A stretch of 64,000 nucleotides of DNA, from IMG/VR virus record IMGVR_UViG_3300027759_000063, positions 1 through 64,000 of that record; one strand, written 5' to 3'. The notes beneath the pieces were generated by a model that was not told the DNA's origin, did no database searches, and was given only the letters and a program-made list of their open reading frames with translations. Positions 18,379-27,731 of this stretch are shown piece after piece (the first letter of the stretch is position 1; each line of letters begins with the position of its first letter). This DNA comes from a virus. The position numbers and the translations under genes are program-made.

Positions 18379-18827
18379 TTGGCAAATCCTCTTAGTTGTA
18401 GATATTTAGCCGAATTTAAACATTTTTCAAGTTCTTGATTCAGCAGTGTAAGGTTCTCAATTTTGGGTGCAAGTTTGGTGTGCACCATTTCACGGAATTC
18501 AGGGCGACTACTACCATCTGCTTGCCCGCGTCGGCAATGGATATCAGCAGTGAGCGTTTGTTTTTTGTTGTCCAGTATGCGGATGTTTTGTGCTAGTCTG
18601 TACTGTTGTAAATGATCAGCCACACACCAAGACATGGCTGTTCGTTTACTGCTGAATGTGCTCACCAGATCATCATTGTGGTACACAGCAAAACCTGCTG
18701 ATTGTGGTTTTACATGATAACGTCCAAACGCTACATATCCACCTTGTTCGTCATCAATTATGAGTTCGGTGTACACACGCTTGAGCTCGCGTTCAGCAAA
18801 GCGTTCTAATTTTTGATCACGGGTCAT
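18375..18827 (-). CDS. hypothetical protein
   Basis: Likely start MTRDQK at 18827 (ATGA overlap). Confidence 0.65.
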   Translation of the reverse strand: MTRDQKLERFAERELKRVYTELIIDDEQGGYVAFGRYHVKPQSAGFAVYHNDDLVSTFSSKRTAMSWCVADHLQQYRLAQNIRILDNKKQTLTADIHCRRGQADGSSRPEFREMVHTKLAPKIENLTLLNQELEKCLNSAKYLQLRGFAK

Positions 18828-19090
18828 AGTGTTTTTACATAGTGAGTGGCCAGCCACCCCACGATGCCTAGCAGCACACCAATGATGCCTATGCCCCAGG
18901 TAATGATTTGATCGTTGCGTTTTTCGCCCATCTTGCGCACAATGCCATGCACTTCAGTGACCATGTGTTTGACGTGACCAACTTCTTGTTCCACTGTTTC
19001 TATCTTGAGTTCCAGCATGCGGTAACGTTCAGCACATAACTCCACGTGGGCTTCGAGGCTTTTCTTTTCAATGTCAGTAGTATCAACCAT
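18824..19090 (-). CDS. coiled-coil protein with C-terminal transmembrane helix
   Basis: IITWGIGIIGVLLGIVGWLA; late motif and GGAG SD upstream. Confidence 0.7.
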   Translation of the reverse strand: MVDTTDIEKKSLEAHVELCAERYRMLELKIETVEQEVGHVKHMVTEVHGIVRKMGEKRNDQIITWGIGIIGVLLGIVGWLATHYVKTL

Positions 19091-19526
19091 GGTCAGGCTC
19101 CAATGACGTATTTATGGCAGTAAACCAAATGTTCTGATTGGTTCCTTGAGCATGCAGTGTGGCGGTGACCGCTTCTGCTTCATCCAGGCCTGTGACCATG
19201 GGCACAGCTTCACAGTCTGCCACCAGCCCTGCTAGATCACTGCTGCCAAACTCACTGCTGAGAACCCCTTCTGCTTCTACTTCAAACGCAAAGTGCCAAC
19301 CATCCGTGTGCTTGGTAGGCGGTACAACATTCATGGGCTGTGTTCTTAAGCTGACAATTTGCAATAGGCTTTCCCAGTTGCGTTGTTGATTACGACTGCG
19401 GTTCCACTGTTCAGGCGTGTCAATTGTGAGTCCTGTTTTTGTGACAAAAGGCAACTGTTGTGGTCGGAGATGTCCTGTGACACCAGTATGGGTACAATCA
19501 AAAAGGGTACGGCACAAGACTTTCAT
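19083..19526 (-). CDS. conserved hypothetical (likely virion) protein
   Basis: TLFDCTHTG...RNQQRNWE; TAAATA 8 nt before ATG. Confidence 0.65.
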   Translation of the reverse strand: MKVLCRTLFDCTHTGVTGHLRPQQLPFVTKTGLTIDTPEQWNRSRNQQRNWESLLQIVSLRTQPMNVVPPTKHTDGWHFAFEVEAEGVLSSEFGSSDLAGLVADCEAVPMVTGLDEAEAVTATLHAQGTNQNIWFTAINTSLEPDHG

Positions 19527-19545
19527 TATGTGCATATTTAACGCC

Positions 19546-19580
19546 AAAAAGAAACCCTGGATTTTTTACGTCCAGGGTTT
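19546..19580 (-). terminator. rho-independent terminator
   Basis: AAACCCTGGA/TCCAGGGTTT stem followed by U-rich tract on the - strand. Confidence 0.75.
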
Positions 19581-19597
19581 GGTTGGAACTAAACTGA

Positions 19598-20005
19598 TTA
19601 CAGGTTAGTAAATGTTGCACTAGCAGCAACGTTGCCGGTTGGGATACCAATGTTCAAGCCGCCTGTGGCATTGGCTGTTTGAGCAGCGGCAACCAAGGTA
19701 GCTGTGGTGTAAGCACCTGTTGGGTAGATAGCCAAGTTGATTGTGCCAGCTGTTGCACCTGCTTGGTACATAGCAATAGTGCCAGTTTGTTGGATTGCTG
19801 TCAACACATTGTTTAAGTAACCGTTGACGTTACCAGCATTGGTAAGGGCAGCGTTGGCTGTGAGTGAGAAGAAGTCCAGTTTTGGACCAGCAACTTGTAC
19901 TGGGCCTTGTGCCGCAACGTTGGCTGTGCCAGATATACTGCCATTAGCAACGTCCAGTGCAAATACTGGTTGTGTAGTTCCATTTACTTTTGTAAATTGT
20001 GCCAT
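19598..20005 (-). CDS. Ala/Thr/Asn-rich abundant structural protein (decoration-like)
   Basis: Own TATAAATA promoter, AAGGA SD, own terminator. Confidence 0.65.
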   Translation of the reverse strand: MAQFTKVNGTTQPVFALDVANGSISGTANVAAQGPVQVAGPKLDFFSLTANAALTNAGNVNGYLNNVLTAIQQTGTIAMYQAGATAGTINLAIYPTGAYTTATLVAAAQTANATGGLNIGIPTGNVAASATFTNL

Positions 20006-20070
20006 GATAAATTTCCTTTAGGGTTAAGTGGTCTCGGTGGACCTGCTTTTATTTATACCTTTGGTAAAAA

Positions 20071-21984
20071 TTACCCCGGTTGTGGATTATTTCTAGCCGC
20101 ATTTCTTGCTGTAAAGTCAAATCTATTTACCGCTTTGCCATAACCTGCAGGGGTGGCCATGACCCAGCCCTCGTGCCCAGGATCCTTTAAATCCAGCTGG
20201 CGTAGCACACCTAATTTTAAATCATGCAACATTATAAACAAGGTAAATGCCGCTGCCATGCCTTGTGTGTTTGAAGTAGGGCTCTGCAAGTATTCCACAA
20301 TGTTAGCAAATTTACGTGGGCTTACCTTGGTTTGTAACCATTCACCAAATCCTGGCAGCAAATTGTCAAAGTTGCCACTGCTTTTAATTCTGTAGTTGAT
20401 GTAGTCCACACACAGTTTTGCTAAATCTGTGATCTGTTGTGCTCGCAGTTCTGCAGGATTAAACAAGGTATCAATGGCAGAACCGTGGCTGGCAATCAAA
20501 GATTTGATTTGTTTGACTTGTTCAATGTCAGGAGTCATTTCTTTGGCAAATATGGGTTCAATCAACAACAAGCCCGGAACATCGTTAAACTTCACCCGTT
20601 TCAGTGGCTGCTTGGGTTCACCTGCATCTGAGTACATGGTGTGCATGGCAATTCCAATTTCGCTGTTGCCTATGCGCTGTCCTAGAGAACTTTTTGCAGG
20701 AATACGATATTGTACAGTGTTGGGTTTGAACACATAGTTTCCGGATTCCAAAGGCGGAGTATTTTGATACAACAAGTCGCCTTGTACATAGCCACGAAAG
20801 TTTGTGGGCAATGCTGCTTCTAATGCAGGGAACAATCTAGCATAGGTCTGAATTAATGCACTTCTATCACCCGAACGTGTGCGCTGTATCTGCGCCATCA
20901 TTTCTGGCGAAGTGGCCAGTCCATCATACCCTTTGGCTTCAAACCCTGATCCGTCTGTGAGTACAAACTCTCCGGTGTCGGGCTTGCGTCCAAAGTATAC
21001 AGCAGGCATGCCGTCCCATTTGACACTGGTTGTAGTGCCAGGACTAACAGCGGCATGATCAAGTATGCTCAATGCTTCTGTCGCACCGCGCGAACCTTTG
21101 CGAAAGATTAAATCTTCCAAGTGTTCAATGCCCTTGGCTCTGCCGCCCACATTGCCTTCATCAGCTTCGTAGATTCTATAGGGATTGGCTGCTTCGCGTT
21201 CTACCAAGGGCTGCATGCCTTGGTTCACAATCCTATCACGTAGGCGTGCCAGGAAGTAGGTGTCTGTATTTTCTGTCACAGCGTCAGGCTGTGGTAAACC
21301 TTCTTTGGTCAAGTACTCACGGAAGTCTCGGATCTTGACTTCCCGATCTTTGTCTCGAGTCAAGGCAGCAAATATGGTTTCCACTGTGCTGAGATTGGCT
21401 CGTGTGGCACTGGGTCCAAGGATCATACGTGCTGCCTCGTCAGGATCCATGGTCAACAATTCATTACTGGTCCTACTGAACACACCATTGGCGCCTATTT
21501 TGAGTCCCAGTTGTTTGGCAATGCTTGACATCAACACAGCACGGTTCATGCCTTTGTAGGCTGATCCTGCGCCTTGGTTGTAGTAGAATGTGCCCCAGTC
21601 CAGGTTGGGGAAGAACATGAAGTCTGTTTGCACATAGCCCAGTTCGGGACGTCCTTGAATGGGTGTGCGCAGGTGTACTTCGCCGCCTTTTTTGATCCAC
21701 TCTGCAGGAGGCAGTTTGTGACTGGCAATCCACTGTGTGAGTTTGGCAGCCAATTGATCTTTGGAAATTTCACCAGCGTCCACAGCCAGGTCCATGTCAC
21801 CAGATGTGGCGGCCTTGCCGGTTGAGCCCAACCAACGCTCGCGTGGAAATTGCAAACCTGTGAGCTGTTCCAGCCAGGCCACAGTGGCAGGTACATCGCT
21901 TTGGTTGATACGTTGTGTGAGTGGTTGGCCATCTGCATCTTTGAATACATTGCCACCTTCTAATAACATGCGTAGGCTTTTCAT
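20071..21984 (-). CDS. Pol-beta-type nucleotidyltransferase fused to a ligase-like (KxDG) domain
   Basis: LGSTGKAATSGDMDLAV...VQTDFM; KWDG, QGDLL, EGWVM, KAVNR. Confidence 0.7.
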   Translation of the reverse strand: MKSLRMLLEGGNVFKDADGQPLTQRINQSDVPATVAWLEQLTGLQFPRERWLGSTGKAATSGDMDLAVDAGEISKDQLAAKLTQWIASHKLPPAEWIKKGGEVHLRTPIQGRPELGYVQTDFMFFPNLDWGTFYYNQGAGSAYKGMNRAVLMSSIAKQLGLKIGANGVFSRTSNELLTMDPDEAARMILGPSATRANLSTVETIFAALTRDKDREVKIRDFREYLTKEGLPQPDAVTENTDTYFLARLRDRIVNQGMQPLVEREAANPYRIYEADEGNVGGRAKGIEHLEDLIFRKGSRGATEALSILDHAAVSPGTTTSVKWDGMPAVYFGRKPDTGEFVLTDGSGFEAKGYDGLATSPEMMAQIQRTRSGDRSALIQTYARLFPALEAALPTNFRGYVQGDLLYQNTPPLESGNYVFKPNTVQYRIPAKSSLGQRIGNSEIGIAMHTMYSDAGEPKQPLKRVKFNDVPGLLLIEPIFAKEMTPDIEQVKQIKSLIASHGSAIDTLFNPAELRAQQITDLAKLCVDYINYRIKSSGNFDNLLPGFGEWLQTKVSPRKFANIVEYLQSPTSNTQGMAAAFTLFIMLHDLKLGVLRQLDLKDPGHEGWVMATPAGYGKAVNRFDFTARNAARNNPQPG

Positions 21985-23588
21985 AGTTGTCTAATTTTTT
22001 TCAATAGTGTTCGGCTAGGGTCAAAATTGCCACTCCAGATCAAGGATTCGTTAAGTTTACCTGCAAGTCCTAATTTTATAGCATCTTGTTCACTTGTGCC
22101 TGGTGGAACTTTGGCTGCCATGGCCGCAGCTTGTGGAACTGTGAACCCCATCTTTATCAGCGCCTGTGCTATATCAGATGGTTGTTGAGCAGCTGGTCCA
22201 GGCGCAACTGGTGCTTGCTGTTGTTTCTTCTGAGGTGCAGCAACTTGATTTAAATCACTAGTTTGTTGCTTGATAATTTTTACTGCTTTTGCCTCGGCAC
22301 CAGCAGCTAGATTAAGTTCATGGTTGCCAATTTGGTATGTGCCTTTAGGTCCGATTGAAATGTTGGGTAGTTTGCCATCTTTGAACTGATCTTTAATAAT
22401 GTTACCAATCAGTTTGTCTGTGGTGTCCTGCATGTTTAATGGGTAATTTCCAATTTTAAATGCTCCGCCAGGAATGCTTGTAATAAGTGGCATTTTTTTA
22501 CCAGCACCATGTTCTATGGTTTTGGGGTAGAACTCCAATAACGATCGCATGTCGTAGGTGGCCTGTGACAGATCTTGCCAACGTTGTAATTCAGCAGCCG
22601 GAGCACTTTTGGGTGCATTAAAATTCAATATGGCTTTTATGGCATTATTTAATTTGGCCACTTGTGCGGCTGCTTCTTGTGTGGCTTTGCCATTGACATA
22701 TTCTGGAAGTTTTTTGTAATCTTTGCCTAATTTGCCTTGCAAGAAGTTGGTGTATATTTGATTCATTAGACTTTGGGCCAAGGCTTGTTTGGTCGGGGTG
22801 GGCAATTTTGCAGGGCTAGCCACGCCGTTCTGTTGCAATGCTGCGGCCATGGCCTGATTCCACTTGGCTAGTTCTTGGCGGGCCTGTTGACTGATGAGTG
22901 GTCCAGCAGCCTTGGCGGCGGCAGCACGTTGGTCACCGTAAGCATTGTTGTCGCCAGTATCAGGTACACTAAGTCCAACTGATGCGGCATTGTGTGCTGC
23001 CAATTTGTTGCCCAAGGAACCCACTATGGCAGCCATTCTGGACCCTTGCACACCAGGTGTGCTGGGAGCTGCTGCCACGGGAGTTACTTTTGATTTTTGA
23101 GTAGGGTCTACTGAACTTGCCGGGGAAGGTTGTGGCACTGGTATAGCAGCCGTATTTTGGTAGCTTTGTATACCTTGAGATGCTTGCCTAGCAGAGGGCA
23201 CTGTTGCTGAATCCACAGCAGGAGTTTCTGTAGGCGCTGGCAATGTTGGTGCAGAAGATGTATTTGATTTCTCTTTGGCCACAACATCAGTTACATCAGA
23301 CGTGTCCGTACCAAATTGTTTTGTGGCAGCTGGTCCTGTCAATTGTGCTGGTGCATCAATTGTTTGTAGTTCAGGAGCAGTAGTAGTGTTAGCCACTGCA
23401 TTGGTTGCAGGTGCTGCCAGCCTTGGTGTCGCGGCGGCCTGCGGGGCTCCTTTTATTCTGGGAGTCCCAGTCATTTGTGGTTGCACACCTGGACCCACGC
23501 CTGTGCCATAGTCTTTTTTGGGTGGGGGTCTGCTGGGATCGTATTCTTTTAAATTTCTTTTGCTAGAGGTAAGTTCAAATATCTGCAT
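21981..23588 (-). CDS. low-complexity putative internal head protein with RuvA-C/UBA-like module
   Basis: Start MQIFEL at 23588 with AGGAG SD; DIAQALIKMGFTVPQAAAMAAKV. Confidence 0.55.
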   Translation of the reverse strand: MQIFELTSSKRNLKEYDPSRPPPKKDYGTGVGPGVQPQMTGTPRIKGAPQAAATPRLAAPATNAVANTTTAPELQTIDAPAQLTGPAATKQFGTDTSDVTDVVAKEKSNTSSAPTLPAPTETPAVDSATVPSARQASQGIQSYQNTAAIPVPQPSPASSVDPTQKSKVTPVAAAPSTPGVQGSRMAAIVGSLGNKLAAHNAASVGLSVPDTGDNNAYGDQRAAAAKAAGPLISQQARQELAKWNQAMAAALQQNGVASPAKLPTPTKQALAQSLMNQIYTNFLQGKLGKDYKKLPEYVNGKATQEAAAQVAKLNNAIKAILNFNAPKSAPAAELQRWQDLSQATYDMRSLLEFYPKTIEHGAGKKMPLITSIPGGAFKIGNYPLNMQDTTDKLIGNIIKDQFKDGKLPNISIGPKGTYQIGNHELNLAAGAEAKAVKIIKQQTSDLNQVAAPQKKQQQAPVAPGPAAQQPSDIAQALIKMGFTVPQAAAMAAKVPPGTSEQDAIKLGLAGKLNESLIWSGNFDPSRTLLKKIRQL

Positions 23589-23823
23589 TGGTTCTCCTAA
23601 CACTCCGTGAGAACTTGCCAGTATCTCTATGACGTATGGCATTGAGTAATTTACGTTGTAGATTTTCAGCCTGTTCAACAGAAAATTCTGCATCAATCTG
23701 TTCCATCAAGCGAATAGCACTCTCGATTAGATTGCTGGCACGAGTTTCAATGACCGCACGACGATCACGTTCTATGTACAAACTATCTAGTTCTTCTAAG
23801 ATGCTGCGTGTTTTCTTTTGCAT
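23575..23823 (-). CDS. conserved helical hypothetical protein
   Basis: MQKKTRSILEEL; late motif upstream. Confidence 0.7.
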   Translation of the reverse strand: MQKKTRSILEELDSLYIERDRRAVIETRASNLIESAIRLMEQIDAEFSVEQAENLQRKLLNAIRHRDTGKFSRSVRRTNADI

Positions 23824-23892
23824 TTGTTCACGGGCCTTTGGATTATTTAGCGGAAATGCTGTTGCAATAAATATCTAATACAAGGAACACTT

Positions 23893-25314
23893 ATGACCAG
23901 TCAGATCAATCCCAACAACATTGATGGTAATTATCCCATAGCCGGTGTGTCAAACAACACCCAAGGCATGCGTGACAATTTTACCAATATCAAACAGAAT
24001 TTTCAATACGCAGAAACTGAAATAGATGATTTGCAATCCAAAGCTGTGTTAAAATCTGCACTGACTGGCACCACATTGGACAATAACTTGGGCAACAATC
24101 TGGTGTACAATGCTCAAGTGCAAGGTATATCTGGCACTCTTGTGCAAATTGCCAACACATCAGGGGCAATTACCCTTGATGCCAGTGCAGGACCGTTTCA
24201 AAGCATTGTGATGGCCGGCAACATAAGCCTGGGATTCGTGGCCAATACTTGGCCCATTGCCGGAACTGCTGGCAAGGTTCGATTACAAATCACTGGCACT
24301 TCAGGACAAACTATCACACTGCCATCTGCGGTGAACAATGGGATAACAGGAGTTCAGGGCATTAGTGGCAATGTGATTACTCTGGCCTCAACTGGCACCT
24401 ATCAATTTGATTTTTCGACCACAGATGGTGGTACCACTGTCACCTTTTTTGATCTAAATCGTCCGCTGAATTATTATACCAATCCAGTGACCATTGCCAG
24501 CACCGCGGTGAGCAGCAGCAGTGGGTCTGGTGCATTGATAGTTGCTGGCGGAGTTGGCATTAGTGGCAATCTGTATGTTAGTGGTAATATTGTGGGCAGT
24601 GTTGTGGCAACCGGCAACACTTTTGTGGGCAATACCACAGTGGGCAATTTGTTGACTTCGGGATTTGTTTCGGCTACAGCCAACGTCACTGGTGGCAACA
24701 TAGCAACTGGTGGTGTTGTTTTGGCCACAGGCAACATCACAGGTGGCAATTTAAATGCTGCTGGACTCAGCTTGAGCGGCAATGTGGTCAGTGCCGTTAA
24801 TCTCACAGCAAACATCACAACCACTGCCAACATAGCAGGAGGCAACTTAAAATCATCCGGCATCATGAGTGCCACTGCCAATGTCACAGGTGGAAACATA
24901 CTCACAGGTGGATTGATTTCGGCAACTTCTACGATCACAAGTACAGCCAACATCACGGGCGGTAATATATTAACTGGTGGATTGGTTTCAGTCACAGGCA
25001 ACATCACAGGTGGCAACATCGTCACTGGCGGCAACGTAACTGGTATCAATTTGTTGTCTAGTGCAGTAATATCTGCAGTGGGTGCAGCCACCATACTTTC
25101 TGGAACTGCTGTGCCTGCAGGTGGTACCACAGGTTCAGGTTACAAATTCTCCAGTACTACTAATCTTGGCGTATTCTTTGGTTCTGGTGTGCCAACGCTG
25201 AGTGCGGCACAAGGATCATTATACCTGCGTACAGATGGCAGCTCAACCAGCACCAGAATGTACATCAACACCAATGGCGCAACAACCTGGACTGCTGTGA
25301 CCACAGCGGCTTAA
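23893..25314 (+). CDS. tail/head fibre protein with (A/G)N(I/V)TGGN repeats
   Basis: NPNNIDGNYPIAG..NNTQGMRDNF N-terminus; GALIVAGGVGI; C-terminal GSGVPT..GSLYLRTDG; + strand TAAATA at 23868. Confidence 0.75.
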   Translation: MTSQINPNNIDGNYPIAGVSNNTQGMRDNFTNIKQNFQYAETEIDDLQSKAVLKSALTGTTLDNNLGNNLVYNAQVQGISGTLVQIANTSGAITLDASAGPFQSIVMAGNISLGFVANTWPIAGTAGKVRLQITGTSGQTITLPSAVNNGITGVQGISGNVITLASTGTYQFDFSTTDGGTTVTFFDLNRPLNYYTNPVTIASTAVSSSSGSGALIVAGGVGISGNLYVSGNIVGSVVATGNTFVGNTTVGNLLTSGFVSATANVTGGNIATGGVVLATGNITGGNLNAAGLSLSGNVVSAVNLTANITTTANIAGGNLKSSGIMSATANVTGGNILTGGLISATSTITSTANITGGNILTGGLVSVTGNITGGNIVTGGNVTGINLLSSAVISAVGAATILSGTAVPAGGTTGSGYKFSSTTNLGVFFGSGVPTLSAAQGSLYLRTDGSSTSTRMYINTNGATTWTAVTTAA

Positions 25315-26729
25315 CCAGTTTTGATCTTGCCCAGCAGTTGTTTTAGTTTTGCACTTTGAACATCTGCTGTGACTTTGCCTGGTTCCGCACTGTCCCATGG
25401 AGGTGTGTTTGCGTTATCACTAGCCGGGCTAACTTGACTGCGGGCCTTGATTGAGTCCATGATGGATACAGATGGTTTCTTCGAATAAGCATCTCCATCT
25501 TCTCCGCCTTCATCAGTAATGCGCATGGTTTCAATATTGTACTCCAAATCAATTTTTTGACCAACGCCGGTCGAGCTTCGAGACTTCATACACTGTATCT
25601 GATACTTGCCACGCTCTTTCATGGCGCGACTAGTAAAGATACCAAACACGTTATCTGCTGTGTTGATTTTAGATATACCACCTGAAATATGACTGTGATC
25701 AAATTCAATTTCTTCCACAGCTGATCGATTCAACTGCGAAGCTGTTACCATCAAGAATCCCAGTTCTTTGGCCAAGTTACGCAGTTCTTCACTCACATAC
25801 TTGTCTTTCACAAACAGGTCATTGGGTGAAACTTTGGCACTCACTGGCATCAACAGGTCCAAGTAGTCAATCATCACAAAGTCCACACGCTTGCCTGTTT
25901 GTATTTGGTACTCTTTCAAGTACGCACGTATGTCATTGATGTTGCTCTGTGCCGGCAAACCTTTCACTTGATAGTTGCCCGACTTCTTGGCCACCAGTTT
26001 GACCTTTAGTTCTGTTGTGTCAATGTCCTTGCGAATATCCTTGGTGCTCATGTTGGTTAGCATAGCATCTGTTCGCAAACTTGTGAGTTCTTCACTCAGT
26101 TCCAGTGTGATGTACACACCACTGAGTCCTTGTTGCAACCAGTTCAGCGCAATGTTCATCATCACAAGTGATTTACCCGAGCCTGATCCACCGGCAAAGA
26201 TGTTGAGTTCTCCGCGGCTGAATCCACCATACAACAATCTGTCCAGCTGTGGCCACCCTGTTGACACTTGCCCGCCACTGTTGAAATATTTTTCAATACG
26301 TGCCTTGGGATCACTGAAGTAGTCTGTGCCCATGTCCTTAGTCAAACTGATCTGTACAGCATCTTTGATCAGTTTCTCCACCGGTTCAAAGTCGCCTTTT
26401 TCCAGCATGTCTGCTGCTTTTAAAATAGCACGTTCCAGTTCTTGACGTTTGGTAAACTGTTCAAACTCACCCATGAACCAATCAAAATGACCTTGGTTCA
26501 AGTCAGGTACTGCTTGCAGTTTGATGCCTGTGGTGGCTGCAATCTGTGTACGGTCTGGCAATGTCTTGTGTTTGTCACTGTGTTCTTTTATGAACTCAGC
26601 CGCAGGTCTCAAACTCTTGTCAAAGTTCTGGGGATTGTAGATATTTTGAACACGCACATAACTCTGTGCATCTTCCAACATCATTTCTAGAAATAATCGT
26701 TGAACGTCAAGTCCGTATTCTTTTAACAA
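25311..26729 (-). CDS. DnaB-family replicative helicase (T4 gp41-like)
   Basis: GGSGSGKS, ITLELSE, IDYLDL, TASQLNR. Confidence 0.92.
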   Translation of the reverse strand: MLKEYGLDVQRLFLEMMLEDAQSYVRVQNIYNPQNFDKSLRPAAEFIKEHSDKHKTLPDRTQIAATTGIKLQAVPDLNQGHFDWFMGEFEQFTKRQELERAILKAADMLEKGDFEPVEKLIKDAVQISLTKDMGTDYFSDPKARIEKYFNSGGQVSTGWPQLDRLLYGGFSRGELNIFAGGSGSGKSLVMMNIALNWLQQGLSGVYITLELSEELTSLRTDAMLTNMSTKDIRKDIDTTELKVKLVAKKSGNYQVKGLPAQSNINDIRAYLKEYQIQTGKRVDFVMIDYLDLLMPVSAKVSPNDLFVKDKYVSEELRNLAKELGFLMVTASQLNRSAVEEIEFDHSHISGGISKINTADNVFGIFTSRAMKERGKYQIQCMKSRSSTGVGQKIDLEYNIETMRITDEGGEDGDAYSKKPSVSIMDSIKARSQVSPASDNANTPPWDSAEPGKVTADVQSAKLKQLLGKIKTG

Positions 26730-27693
26730 GTGCTTTCTTCCTTAGTTCTATCTTGATCTTGCTGGTTTCTCTTGATTGCATTATAGTTAGTAAGGCTCCT
26801 AATCGTCCCAACTTTATCACAGCATCGTTGACATCCTTGCAGCCCTCTGGCCAGTCAGGTATGCTCACTGCCCAGCCCAGTTCTAATGCACGGTCAACTA
26901 GTTCAACACCAGCCCGGTCTTGGTCTGGCACCACAGTTATTGATTTATCTAGACTGCGTATCAGTCTAACTTGTGCATCGCTGACAGTGTTGTGCATCAC
27001 TGCCACACCACCTATGCTGAGTGCATCAAATATGCCTTCTGTTACAATCACATGCTGCCAATCTGCCGGCTGTAAGTCTACGCCAAACACATAACCTGGT
27101 TGACTATCACTGATGAACTTGGGCTGTCGGTCATCTAAAAATCTACAGGTGTATCCCACAATCTTGTTGTCGTAAGTGAATGGGATGACCACGTGCGATC
27201 TTGTCCAGTGGACCCCGTCATTTTGTATCTGCACCATAACTGGAAAGTCTTCTGGCACATGTCTGCCACGCACATAGTTCCAATAGAATTCATGCTCGGG
27301 AGTCAGCAACTCAGCAAACGGTGGCAAGTCTCGTTCTTCAAATGTAACACCACTCAGTGTGTTCCACAGTTGTTGCCGATCTTGTATTATGCCATGTATG
27401 CTTCGATGTCGCAGACTTTCAAGATTCAACATCTCTATTTCTACTTCAGGAACATTCATCCAGCCCAGAAGTTTACGTGCTTTGTAACTTACACTACGAC
27501 CCAATATAAAACTGGCTGTGTAACTGCAATTGAAGCAGTGATAACTCCAGCCTGCTTCGGTGGCTTTGAGTCCACCGCGCCCTCGACGATCCTGTGTGCC
27601 GCCCGTGTGCTGGCAGCACACCGCATTGAAACTCAACCAACCCGAGGGTGTTTGTTTCTTTTTTGCAGGTAGATAAGCAAGGATGTCAAGCAT
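26707..27693 (-). CDS. DNA primase (gp61-like, zinc ribbon + Toprim)
   Basis: NAVCC...HCFNC; VTEGIFDA; PDQDRAG; KDVND. Confidence 0.88.
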   Translation of the reverse strand: MLDILAYLPAKKKQTPSGWLSFNAVCCQHTGGTQDRRGRGGLKATEAGWSYHCFNCSYTASFILGRSVSYKARKLLGWMNVPEVEIEMLNLESLRHRSIHGIIQDRQQLWNTLSGVTFEERDLPPFAELLTPEHEFYWNYVRGRHVPEDFPVMVQIQNDGVHWTRSHVVIPFTYDNKIVGYTCRFLDDRQPKFISDSQPGYVFGVDLQPADWQHVIVTEGIFDALSIGGVAVMHNTVSDAQVRLIRSLDKSITVVPDQDRAGVELVDRALELGWAVSIPDWPEGCKDVNDAVIKLGRLGALLTIMQSRETSKIKIELRKKALVKRIRT

Positions 27694-27731
27694 CTGTACA
27701 GTGTAGCAGATTTGTCACACAAATGCAATGC

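Noticed and set aside
24474-25130. 218-aa antisense ORF and the many other opposite-strand ORFs in the track
   Set aside because: Shadows of real genes caused by codon bias or repeats; no RBS or motifs
23893-25314. N-glycosylation sequon enrichment (13 N-x-S/T counted) in the fibre
   Set aside because: Roughly what the high Asn and Ser/Thr content predicts; not evidence without a statistical test
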